Origin: Callorhinchus milii
Lineage: Eukaryota
Assembly (NCBI RefSeq): GCF_018977255.1
Contig: NW_024704743.1
Span: forward strand, 57,662,001-57,726,000
DNA: 64,000 nt
Direction of reading: 5' to 3'
The notes below the pieces were generated by a model. It made no database searches. It was not told the origin of the DNA and worked only from the letters and a program-made list of their open reading frames with translations. Shown in pieces: positions 37,555-49,800 of this stretch (its first letter is position 1; each line of letters opens with the position of its first letter). The translations under genes were made by a program, and so were the position numbers.

Positions 37555-38600
37555 GTTTATTTTTTAGGTAAGTGTCTGATGCATGCAGAAACCCATCACC
37601 AAGCTTAAGAGTATCCAAACCAAACTGAGAGTTTCACATATGTATGCCACTTACACATGGGAAATGTCCTGTGTCTGAATTGTGGAGTCCTGTAGCTCAG
37701 TGGTTAGAGCACTCGCTTTGCAAGCGAGAGACCTGAGTTCAATTCCAGGCAGCGCAAAACCTTGGGCAAGTTTCCTTACTCCACACGCCTAATAATAATC
37801 CCTCCAAAACCAAAAACAATAATAAATTGGTCATTTTCAATCTACGACTGTTTGTGGGACATTGCTGTGCGCAATTGGCTGCCGCGTTCGCCCACAAATA
37901 TACAGTCAACTCACTTTACAGTGTGTTCTGTGAAGCGCTTTGGGACGTCCTCCCGACGTGAAAAGCGCTATATTAAATGCAAGGATTATTATTATTATTA
38001 TAATGGAATGCACACTCTAGAGGGATGTACCCTGAGTACCTAATAGCAGAGAGTATTAGGTGCAGGTTGACAAGAGTGAATTGCTGACTCCAGAGTTTGG
38101 GTTGAGGTAACTGCTGGAGTTTAACCAATAAAGCAGCAGAGTTTGCCATTGTAATTACTATCTGGCAAACTTCCTGCTCTTGTCCAGCTATGACAACCCT
38201 ACTCATTATGGCTTTGGCTTGCAAAGGAACTTGACTCCTGGTTAACAGGAGTTGAGTGGAAATAATCCTTGCTCCTAGTGACCAGTATTCCCACCCCCCC
38301 CCCCCCCCCCAAAGTCTTACAGATGAGCTAGGCTGACTTGTCTGTCATCAGCACTTGTCTGTCATGACTTGTCTGTCATCAGAGTTCTGTGGACCTGCCT
38401 GTCCTCCCTCCAAGGAGGATAATCACTAGTTGGTCATTAGGCATCCGGCAAGCGCAGGTTTGAGCCCTGACTAGGTGGGTGGCAGGTACCAGGAACTCCC
38501 TGTAAGCTTCCATGAAATGTGTAAAAGCATTGCCACAATCTTCCTGCCAACAGCTCGGACATACATCACTGCACATTGGACGATGGTTGCACTGGTTGGA
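37555..38600 (-). repeat. Copy of unclassified ~1 kb repeat, split by the young SINE
   Basis: Reverse-complement similarity to 31930-32845 (gaaacccatcacca..ctaagagtatccaaaccaa; gtttgagccct.actag; aaaagcattgccac). Confidence 0.8.
37682..37999 (+). mobile_element. Full-length young SINE: tRNA-Ala(TGC)-derived head, 3' Deu domain, L2-type tail and (TTA)n
   Basis: A box TAGCTCAGTGG, anticodon arm CTCGC-TTTGCAA-GCGAG and B box GTTCAATTCC. Deu-like gactgtttgtgggacattgctgtgcgcaattggctgccgcgtt. Tail gggacgtcctcccgacgtgaaaagcgctat...gattattattatta. Confidence 0.95.
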
Positions 38601-39804
38601 ATGAAAGTGTAGCATGCTGAGAGAGAATGTAAGCGAATATGAGAATGCAAGTGGAACTATTTGAGGGATAGAGTACTTGTGTTGAGAGGTGCATGGGGAG
38701 AAATTGAATAAAAACAAATGGAAGCAAATGGCATGCAATATAGAAGCAAACCGAGGGAAATAAAAAAAGAAAGTGATAGAGATAAGCAGAATAAAAGGGG
38801 GAAATACAATACAATTTACATTTATATACAGTGCCTTTCACGTCAGGAAGACATCCGAAAGTGCTTTGAATAGACGCACAGATACATCTAAGCCTCACTT
38901 TGGCTTGTTGCTTTTCCACCTTGTTTAATATGCATAATTTAGAGGTATTAGTTTTATGTTATTTATGTTGAGAGAAATGAAGACTAGTCACTGGGAGCAA
39001 GGATTATTTCCACTCAGTTTGGGACATATGTGCATGTGACCACCAGGAATTTGGAAGGTGAACTATATGGACCTTAATCTTTTTTAATCTAGTATTTCTT
39101 ATCTTCTTATGAAGTGTGTAATTCTTATATTATTTTAATGTATATTAACAATAGTGCACCAGGACAGTGTAACTCCTGTTGCCTCATTCCTTACTCTAAT
39201 GACCTTCTTCTCCAATATTAAAATACTCTCTGCCAATTGTTAAAAGATTTCTCACACACACACGCACATTTGCCCTAACAACTTATTAAAAAGTAATGAT
39301 AAGTAACAAGACATCTCTACACAGAACTAACAAGAAACCAGAGCCATTATACTATGCTTGCAATCCATTCTCTGAGACCCATCTCACTTCACTTGATATC
39401 ACACTTCACCCATCTCAGAACCATCGCGCATGCCATATTCTTGCTATTCTTGAAATAGTACATTGTTGAACCTTATTCGCTCCATTGCAACTCAGATGGA
39501 AATTTGCTCATCCTATCTGAAAGCTGCTTGACCCACAGCAGAACTCAACAATCTAGCACTGTAGTCCAAGCAAAATAGCAGCAAAAATACACAGTCAATC
39601 CACTTTACAGTTTCTATAAAGCGCTTTGAGACAGCTTGATGGCGAGATAAGACACTATATCAAATGCAAGGATTATTATTATAAGGAATAACACTTTATT
39701 CCATTAAAAAAAACATTTTGGATTATTCTTTAATTGTTGCTAAATTTAACAACCTTTGGCATTATGCTTAGAATGGAAAATCCCATAATTTTCCCTTTTA
39801 AGAT

Positions 39805-40875
39805 AATAAGACGTAGGAGTAGGCCATTCTGCCCCTCAAGCCCGCCCCGCCATTTAATAAGATCATGGCTGATCTTCTAACCTAATTCCATTTACCTGCC
39901 CTATCCCCATATCCCTTAATCCCTCTATCCTTTAGAAATCTACCAACCTCAGTCTTGAATATGTTCAAGGACTGAGCATCCACAGCCTTCTGGGGTAGAG
40001 AATTGTGAAGAAATGTTTCCTCAACTCAGTTCGAAAAGGCTGACCCTTAATCTTGAGACTATGACCCCTAGTTTTAGATTCTCCAACCAGGGGAAACAGT
40101 CTCACGGCATCTGCCCTGTCAAGAATCTTATAGGATTCTATAAGATCCCCTCTAATTCTTCTATATTCTAGAAAATATAGGCCTAGTTTACTCAACCTTT
40201 CCTCATAGGTCAACCTCTCATCCCAGGAACCAACCTAGTGAATCTATGCTGCACCCCATCTAAGGCGAGTATGTCCTTTCTTAAATAAGAATTCCAAAAC
40301 TGCACACAATATTCTGGGCGCGGTCTCACCAAGGCCTTATACAACTGCAGCAAGACTTCACTCCTCTTGTACTCTAGCCCTTTTGCAAAGAACGCCAACA
40401 TGGGATTAGCCTTCCTCGTTGCTTGCCGTACCTGCATACTAACTTTTTGTGACTGGTGTACAAGGACACCCAAATCCCTCTGAATACTAACACTGTCTTG
40501 TCTCTCACCCTCTAGAAAAGAATCCACTTTTCTATTTTTGCTACCTAGGTGAATAACTTCACACTTCCCCACATTATACTCCATCAGCCAACTTCTTGCC
40601 CACTCACCTAGCCTATCTATTTCCCTTTGCATTCTTTGTGTGTCATCCTCACAGCTTACTCTCCCACCTATCTTCGTATCGTCCACGAATTTAGATATGT
40701 TAAGTTCTATTTCCTCATCTAAATCATTGATATAGACTGTAAATAATTGAGGCCCAAGCACTGATCCTTGTGGTGCTCCACTAGTTACATCCTACCAATC
40801 TGAGAAGGACCCATTTATCTCTATTCTCTGTTTTCTTCCAGTTAGCCACTCTCCAATCCATGCTAATATATTACC
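39805..40875 (-). mobile_element. CR1 LINE RT and 3' fragment
   Basis: LGPQLFTVYINDLDE...KFVDDTKIGG...LYKALVRPRPEYCVQFW and RRIRGDLIESYKIL, with tail gaatggcctactcctacgtcttat. Confidence 0.95.
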
Positions 40876-41394
40876 TTTAATTTTTATTTTCACCATGTTC
40901 CAATATGGCATTATTGCTATGGGAACCTTCTTCCCTACTTAGGAAAGATTTTGCAAATGATATTGCTTCTTTATTAATGGTTTTATTGGTGGTGAATTAA
41001 TTGAAAAATATTTATTTATTTCCTTTTATTAACATTTATTTGTACTCTCAATATCAAGCACTGCCAGGCCGAATACATCCTGATAGTGCCCTTGAAAGCC
41101 TGTTTTGCATTGCAATTTAAAACAGACACATCCGTAAAAAATGTAAGCTCCAGAATTTCAGCTTTGTGACACAGATTCATTTCAATGATATGCTTCCATC
41201 TTCACAATCCAAACAAATGTTTTCCTGGATCAAAAATCAGTACAGTCATTTGAGACAAGTGTTTGAGTTAAAAAATTATCCTTGCATATGGATATATAAC
41301 AACATGCATTTATATAGTACTCGGTACAACCTTCACATCAAGAGGATGTCTCATAGCACTTTGCAGGATCTACTGCAAAGTGTAGTTGCTATGT

Positions 41395-41494
41395 AAAACC
41401 CAAAATACTGCAGATGCTGGAAATCTGAAACAAAAACAGATTCTCCATAGATGCTGCTTGACTGTTGAGTGTTCCGGCGATCTCTGTTTTTGTT
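41395..41494. mobile_element. Mini PLE pLTR insertion with internal inversion
   Basis: aaatactgcagatgctggaaatctgaaacaaaaacaga is followed by the opposite-orientation ttctccatagatgctgc...tctgtttttgtt. Imperfect 14-bp TSD: tgtagttgctatgt 41381-41394 and tgtagttactgtgt 41495-41508. Confidence 0.75.
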
Positions 41495-43054
41495 TGTAGT
41501 TACTGTGTATTTTGTAGGCAAGCATGGCCAGCGCTTAATTTGAGATCAGGTACTCATCCCTTGAATTGATGGATAGTTATATCCACATTGACTGTGTTGA
41601 GGCCGAAAAATAGGTTTGGAAGAAATGGAGATACAGGTACTCATGTTTTCCTCTTGGTGAAAATGCTCCATGGGGCACATGACATGTGCTTAGTTGCTTA
41701 CTTTGAAATGGATCTGAGGCATAAACTAAATAGTGCTTTACTGTTAACATTGAGTTACAGAAATTGTATCCTCAAAGAAGTAGTCATGTTTGTTTACTTT
41801 TCAAACTTATCAGTCAACATTTAACACCAGGTTAGCATTGATAACAGGAGGAAAACTAAAAGATTTTTATGCTGTTGTAAAGATCCTTGAAGTTGCAGCA
41901 TGGCACACTCACTGCTTGTCAAACTAGCCTCTGTTGCACTATTCATTTCAAAGAGTCCGGTTACTGTTGTTGAGTGTCACTTTTGTAGGCAAATTCATCG
42001 CTCGACATATGGATCTCAAATAACCATTTGCACAATTGGATTTTCTTAGTGTTTTGTGTAAACCTTATGCCTCTTAAAAACGCACTCATATGATTCCAAA
42101 AATGCTGCTTGACATTATTGAATGGCATAAAGCTATCTCCTGTGACAATGGCAATATTATTAGAATATTAAAATATTAAAGTAAATAGTAAACCCATGCA
42201 TTCCCACCTGCCTTGCATGTTCCTTGTTATTTTGTTCAGTCTATAAATATTATTAGTTTTACACACACAGCAGTTTGATCCCTATTGAATTCCCTGCATG
42301 AATAAAAAATCCTTTTTTATTTGCCTACAACAGAACTATGTGGAGAGACGGCAATAAATACCCAAATACAATGACAACAGCTTGCATTTTAAACATCTTT
42401 CATATAAAATAAAATTGGCTGTCGCATTTGCCTATAAAATACACATACAATACACTTCACATTATATTCTGTGAAGCACTTTGATATGTCCTCCAGATGT
42501 GAAAGGCACTGTATCAAATGTAAGGATTATCATTGTTATTACCAGGGTTATTACCATCTAAGGAGGTTTTCATTTTGTTCTTCTCAATCTCAAAATACTC
42601 CATCAAGTACATGTCTTCTCCTCCCGGTCTCCTCACTGTGTTGAAATCCAGCCTGATTCAATCTCCAACTCTTTCTTTCCTGGGACTTCAGGACTCTGGA
42701 CCTCCTCACTTCACTCAGTATAATAATTCTCCTATAATCTACAAACTTTTAAAGATTCTGTGTCACCTCATCGTATGATGTTTCCCATCTTCCTCACTGT
42801 TCTTTTCAGACCTACTGCTGTGCTGCAGCTCGGTTTTGGGCTTTCACATAAAGGTAGAACACTTCACAGAAACTCCCTTTAGCACTGGCTTGAAAGCACA
42901 TCTTCTAGCAACCTGTCCTCGTGGGCGGTGCAGGATGAGGAAGGAAGGATAAAAAACGAGGGAAATGAAATACCTTATAAATGGGAGATAAGATGTTTCA
43001 AAATTCAAGAATGACAGTCAGTTTAATAATAATAATAATCGTTACATTTGATAT

Positions 43055-43470
43055 ACAACAACAAAAGTTTCATTTATATTGCGCCTTTCACACAGGATAA
43101 TGGCTAAGAGAGCTGCACTATGGTGGGGTTGGATACTGAGTGAGGGAGAGAGAGGAACATGAGGTGACAGGAAGGGGCAGTTGAACAGGTGAGTCATAAT
43201 CAGGGATTTAAAGATATATAAAGAGGGAGTGAGGTGAAGGGATTGAGGCACGAGGTTCCAGAATTCAGGGGTGTAGTTGGTGGAAGTTCGGCCACCAATG
43301 GTGGCCTGGAGAGACTGCAGCAGACCTGTGTCTGCTGAGCAAGAGGGATGGCAGTAGAGTAAGTACAAGTAGGTCAGAGAAGTTGGGAGGTTCTGGTGCA
43401 TGAAGGGATTTGTAGCTGAGGATTAGAATCTTGAAATTGATCCTTCTGGACCAGGGGAACTATTGGAGCC
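43055..43470 (-). mobile_element. Decayed L2 3' fragment
   Basis: ATIGGRTSTNYTPEFWNLVPQSLHLTPSLYIFKSLI with an L2-type tail. Confidence 0.75.
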
Positions 43471-46400
43471 TTGACGACAATTGCAGTGTCTGGTCCTTTC
43501 GCGTTGGGAGGACGTCTCAAGGAATTTTATAGGATACGCTGTAAAGTGCAACAACTGTTATTTTGTAGGCAATATCACATGGTGAAGAAGCCATATCCCA
43601 GTTTGAAAGTTATTGGGGAAATTCAGCATTCAAAAGGTTCCAGTAATAGGAAAGGTGATACATGGATGACCCCAGATTTCAGATGACTTGGGAACTGCTA
43701 CATTCCTTTAAGCATAATTTGTGTTGCTTTCTACTTCATGTGCCCTTCCTCAAGAAATGTCAAGTTTGGCGAAGCAGAGAAAAGGCCATCACTGTACAAT
43801 CTCTTCAGTGCTGAGACTTCTCCTCAGAGTGACCGGGATATTGACTGCATGAAGCTGTCTGCAGTGAAGAATCCAATACTATTTCTTCCACTTGGTCTCC
43901 TCGATTGTGGGTTTGACTTCATTCAGATTGAGTTCTATTTTTGTTCAGGACAAGTGCTTTCTAATCGCCTGTCAGTGCACAGCAGGAGCAAGCATCCAGT
44001 CGCTGGGAGCAAGCAGACTTTCAGCTACTGGTCACTCACAGAAGTTTATTAACACACGCTTACACAGCACAGCAAACTCTGGCTCCATGCGTTTAAGCTG
44101 GCTTTTGAACAGTTACTACCGCCTTCACTCACAGTTCTATGAAACCGTCAGGGAAAGATCACTTGCATCAATGGTCGCATTTTTAGTGGTAGTAGAGATA
44201 GTAATATTTATATATATATATGATCCTATATCATGACAATTTGCTTCATTGCTAATAACTGTCAAGCAAAATTCTGTTCTTTTGGGGCAAACACAGCAGC
44301 TGTTTGTGCACAACAAAGATCCACAAACAGCCATGCTGTTATTTTGGAGGACTGCTGTCCAGGACACCAGGAGAAACTTCTCTTTCTATATGAACAATGT
44401 TAAATGATTTTAACATCCACCTGAAAACAAGCCGACTGGGTCCCATTTTAACATCTCTCAAAAGACAGCATGTCTGACTATGCAGCATTCCTCCAGTACT
44501 CTACAACTGTGCCAGTATATCCTGTGAACTTAAGTCCCATCGTTAGGCTTGAACCCACAACCTTCTGATTCAGAGACGAGTGCTTCAAACTGCCACGAAT
44601 ACATATATTTGAAACATCAATGTATCCAAAACGCCGGCTGAAATGATGTCAAAGTAGAAGCAAAATCTCCCCCACCTACCGATTAAACATTGAATATCAA
44701 AATCTTCACAGAATTATCAGTAGATAGAAAGCAACCTCCATCCAAAGTGGGAATAGTTTTATCTGTAAAAAATCACAAGCATGAAAAACACTACAAAGCC
44801 AGTCTGCAATCATTTTTTGGTTTGGAATATATCACTCCTTGTTACCTGATAAAATATATTGCACTGGCCTGTGATGGGGCGGAAAAGCTGACAGGAATAT
44901 CTTCAAAAATATAGCACTGAAATATGGCTCAGATGCCTCATTAATTTTTGAGCATGAGGCTTATAGGATCTTGCTTTGAAAAGCTATCTTTGCTTTTATG
45001 TGGATTAACTCTTAAGAGAACATTATGTCCTTTGGACTTTCCAAACCGTGCAGAATTTCCATTTAATAATGAATTCAAAAGTGAACTTCCAGATAAATTT
45101 ATGTTAAAAGAGATCAAAGAAACATACACAGCTCTAGGGAAGAGTTTCCCTATCTGATTCCCAATCTTTGCTGTACACGTGAAATGTTTGGGATTTTATT
45201 ACTTCTTCATATAATTGCAGAAACTGCTGCTACTTGTGCTCACATTAATCCAATACTGTGTGTTTCATTTACATTGCATTTACAGTGAAAGAGGTTGCAT
45301 TTTTATAGTGTCTTATCACTAATTCACATTTCAAAGTGTCTCCCAAGAATTAGTTAATATAACATTTCACTCTGGAATATCAAATACAGAAGCAGAATAC
45401 ACATAAACCAAGGCAGAAGATAACCTTTAATGCAGTAACTGTAACAAAACCACATTAACATGTATTATTTTACATTAATTCTCTCACCCACTTTCCCATT
45501 ATTTTCTTCTCTGATTTTCTGCCATGTTATCATCTTCAGGCTAGATTGGATTATTTCATTCCATTACAACTTTACTTTATTTTCCTCCTCCAGTTTTCAC
45601 TTCTCTGGAAGGGATTGACTGCACCAGATCACAAAATGGGTTCAGATGAAGAAGGCCCTTTAACCCTTCTGAACTCATGCCTCCAGAATACCCAACCTAC
45701 AATCTTTCCATCACAGAATCAAGCTTTTTTTAAAATCAGTCCAGATTCCTGGCCTCAGCCACTCTTCCTGGCAACTTGTTCCAAATGTTAATTACCCTCA
45801 AACTAAAGAAAACTTTCTAGAATTTGTCCTGAAATTTTCCTTTGCAACTGTAAACCTATGTCGTCTTATTCTATTGTCTTCATGCACCCTAAAATCTTAT
45901 TGTGGTTTTACTTTTTCAATCCTATTTAAAATTGTACACTTCTCTCAAGACTGACGAGTACTAGCTTCGTTGGTCATAGCTCATTCCTCTAACACTGGGA
46001 AGCATCCTAAGTTCATTCAGTCCATGGGCTCCAACTGCCCTGCAGTCCTGCTCCCAAATGGCCATTTTACATAGAGCCCCTTTATAAGGTGTCAATCACG
46101 TCCATAAAATCCCAACCTTCCTTATAACAAGCCCACAATGTCTGATTTCACGGTGCGTGTATGCACACAGGCTTTCTTCCAGCTCCCATGCCAAATAAAT
46201 GGCTCCAGCTCTGTCGACATCACTTCCTACCTATAACACAGAAAGTGCCAACCTAATAATAATAATCCTTACATTTGATGTAGCATCATTCACCTCAGGA
46301 GGATGTCGCAAAGCGCTTCACAGGACATTTCTGGAAAGTTTTAAATTTGGAAGTTTTTTTTAGGTTTTTAAAAAGTGTACATCAAAAAAGCTTCTAATTT

Positions 46401-46669
46401 AAGATTGAATTTAGGACTTTTCAAAATTCTGCACAATCTAAAATGTTATGAGAAACTTCAGGCCTCAGGTGTGCTAGCTCTGTTTTTATTCCACCCGAGC
46501 CCACCCAGACATTGAGGCCAATTGTGCCCCTAGTGCCACCTGGCTGATATTGTTCTCCTAATGTGAAAGGCACTATATACATTTAAATTTGCTGTTGTTG
46601 ATGTTGTTGAGGATATCAATAACTTCAATTTTGCACTTGTTCATCACTTGACATATTGCCTTGTTGCAG

Positions 46670-46851
46670 GTACTCCTGGAGAACCACTGAGTGGAGTGAA
46701 TGCCGTGTGGACCCTTTGCTCAGCCAGCAAGACCGAAGACGAGGAAATCAAACAGCACTCTGTGGTGGCGGTATTCAGACACGTGAATTCTACTGCGTGC
46801 AGACGAATGAAAATCTCTTGTCCTATTTGAATACACAGAAGGAAAAGGAAG
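46670..46851 (+). CDS. THSD7A: THSD7A coding exon (probable exon 4)
   Basis: Acceptor ccttgttgcag|G and donor GAAG|gtaata. Translates YSWRTTEWSECRVDPLLSQQDRRRGNQTALCGGGIQTREFYCVQTNENLLSYLNTQKEKE. 182 nt, phase 2 to 1. Confidence 0.97.
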
Positions 46852-49800
46852 GTAATACCATACTTTATTTCTAATATTATGCTTCCCTCAGGCTATGCTG
46901 AAGTATCAATATGGTACATTATGATATCCCATTTCAGTTCACCTTTGCGCATATTTGCACGCATTATTTCACTGTCATCTTGAACAATATCAAATGTTCT
47001 CACAACAAACACACCTTTTCAGGTACCGCTGACTGTATAATGAACATCACTTCTCAAATTACAGGAAGCCACATGGACCCATGTTATATTAAGGGATATT
47101 GCGTACAATTTATTTCTTCCCTAACTGTTGCAAATATCATTCATCCTCAAGGGACAGGGTGTGTTTGTGTGTGGGGGGTAGGAGGTAAAACAACAATTAT
47201 TTTTCTTTAACGCTCAGAATGTATCGATCAGCCCTTTGAAGGATCTCGTAACAAAGAGCTCTCAGTCAATACATTAAAAAAAGTAAATGAGAATGTCTTC
47301 AAAAGCAATTATTTGACACGTGTTAGTACCAGACTCTATTACTCGTAGGGAAAAAATAAAATTGTTGAATCTAATGGGAACAAAAGAACCTTTATCTCCA
47401 TCTGGCAGCAATATTCACTAGCTAATATGAGTTGATGTGCTGTCATCTGGAGATAGTTTATTCGAATGCTACCCATCCCCATGCCGCTTGTATTTTTGAT
47501 GGATCAAACTATTATGGCATGCATTGATTAAAAATAAAATGGAAACAAAATCCTCAGGGATTTTATTATTTTTATACAAAACACATGCCAATTTGCCATC
47601 TGCTAAAGTAACCCTAAAAAAACTACATCATATTTCAGTGATGATAGGCGCTGTCAATAGTCTAGTCCATGTGTATTATATTGCCTGTAAGATTTCAATT
47701 GCAAAAAGCACGATCAAATGCAACAAACCGCCTTCATGGTAGATAGTTCCCTCCCTCACCTCCCGTTGCCAAAACGCAGCTTGTTTTAATGGCAAATGCT
47801 ATCAGTCTTAGGCTCTGTATGAAAAGGAATGTCACTCCAGGAATTTACATAGTATTGGTTGCCTGTTATTTCAGAAAGTCTGTCACAGAACAAGGGGAAG
47901 CCTAGTGTTGCACCACTTCTGTCAATCACTTTTGAAATAACAGGTATGTAATTAAGGCATTCTACAGCACATTTATTTTGCTTGAATTCATTTAAATAAT
48001 TATAAGTCCAAACATAGCAGGTGCTTTCCTGACATTATTTCCAAGCAGTTGTATTGCTCGGGGGGAAGCTGTGTAATTTTGTTCTCTTGCCATCTGTACA
48101 GCAGCCAGAAACTAATTTATTCATGGAATTGTTTGTGGGTATTTATCTTAATAAATACAGATAGGAGTTACTTCAGTGGCAGGGCTTCATTCACGTGTGT
48201 AAATGACCCATGATTGTTGCAAGTGCAACTGTCTCTCACAGTCACAAAAGAGAATGTCTAAAACTCACTAAAACGGGAGACAATACACAGCTCCAGCTAT
48301 AAGCACAGACATGTGTATCTGTGTCTGTGTGTATGTGTGGGTCTTTTTATTACTTCTTCCAATTTTCTTTAATACTCTGCTGAAGGTGCTGGTTGTCCTC
48401 CAGTACCTCTCCCAAGTGACCAGTTTTCATGACTGAGGTTGCATATGAATGTCAGCTGACAATCTGACCATGGGAAGCATGACAGACAAGTTCAGTACTG
48501 TCCTTACACAAGGTCCACACAATAAGGGCTCATTACACAGTGATTACAAGGGCACAGGGCTGGTTTAAGGTATTCCCTTCCCAAACTCAGGAGAGCTAAG
48601 GTCATTTGTCGCACTCCTGCTGGTATCCTGGCTCAGATCAGATAACTCAGCACAGACGAATGCTTTTCTCGTCAGTTGACACTGGTCATTGATTTTAAGA
48701 GATTGAGGTGCCGGGTTGAGTTTAAACAAATTCTGGAACATCACATTCTATTATGTAAATTAACCAAACACACCTGATGTTTATATTAATCCTGGGCAAG
48801 AGAAAGCTACTCATTACTTAGAATACCTTAAATATGCATCAAAGATGAAAAACTGCTTAGTACGGTTTATGTTATGTCACTTCTGCATTAAGTATCTTTA
48901 TTTCAAGTAAGATCAAATCACAACAACTGCCACAGCTTGCACTGTTGTTCTGGAGTACAAGGTGGTGTTATGCAGTTTTGTAAGGGTGAAAAATGCAATG
49001 GTTCACAAAGGAAATATTGCATTTTTTATTGTAGTTTCAATTCTCTATTCTGTGCAGTGTGATTTGTGTGAAATATGTTTTAGGCAATAATTTTACTTTG
49101 AATAGCTTTATAGAAAATTATTCAAAGAGTATGGATTAAATAAAACATGTAAATCCATGTCTGTACATGGATTTACAGGGACGTCCTCCTGACGTGAAAG
49201 GCGCTTTATAAATGGAATCTTGTTGTTGTTGTTGTCTTGTTGTTGTTGTACATTGTTACTTTTTTGGTTTCAGTTTGCTAATGTATGTGATTTAATCTCT
49301 TACATTTATTCCCTTTATTGTTATTATAATGTCCTAGAATTGCTACAGGAATGAAAACTTTGTATTCCTCCAAACTAGGCTGGAACAAAATGATCAATAA
49401 AATACATCAATTGTCATAAATTGTGAAGACAGTATAAATATATGTTCCTGAAGAAAAGGGTTAATGATCTGGCAAATTTGCTTAGTTTTTCTTATATTGA
49501 GGTGATAATTAATAAACCTGGGGGTGAAATTTATAGCGTTTCATAATGTTGTGATCCCAACGCATGATGAAACGCCGCAAATTTCACACTTGAGCTGTAC
49601 ACCCAGGAGACTGGCACCGATATTTTGAAACACAGGTACCTATTTGCTAACAAATTTGATGGACGATTGAATTATTGTGTTACACTGACTCCAGTGTGAT
49701 CCTCAGATGCTTGGTACATTTACAGAGTAAATTGGGAGTGTAAATTTACAATTGGATTATCCCATTCTAAGGTCATAGCTTAGAGGTCTGTAAATTTAGA

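Noticed and set aside
37684..37755. tRNA-Ala(TGC) gene
   Set aside because: A/B boxes and the anticodon arm are present, but there is no proper acceptor stem and it runs straight into a SINE body. The same applies to the copies at 18.1, 22.3 and 61.8 kb.
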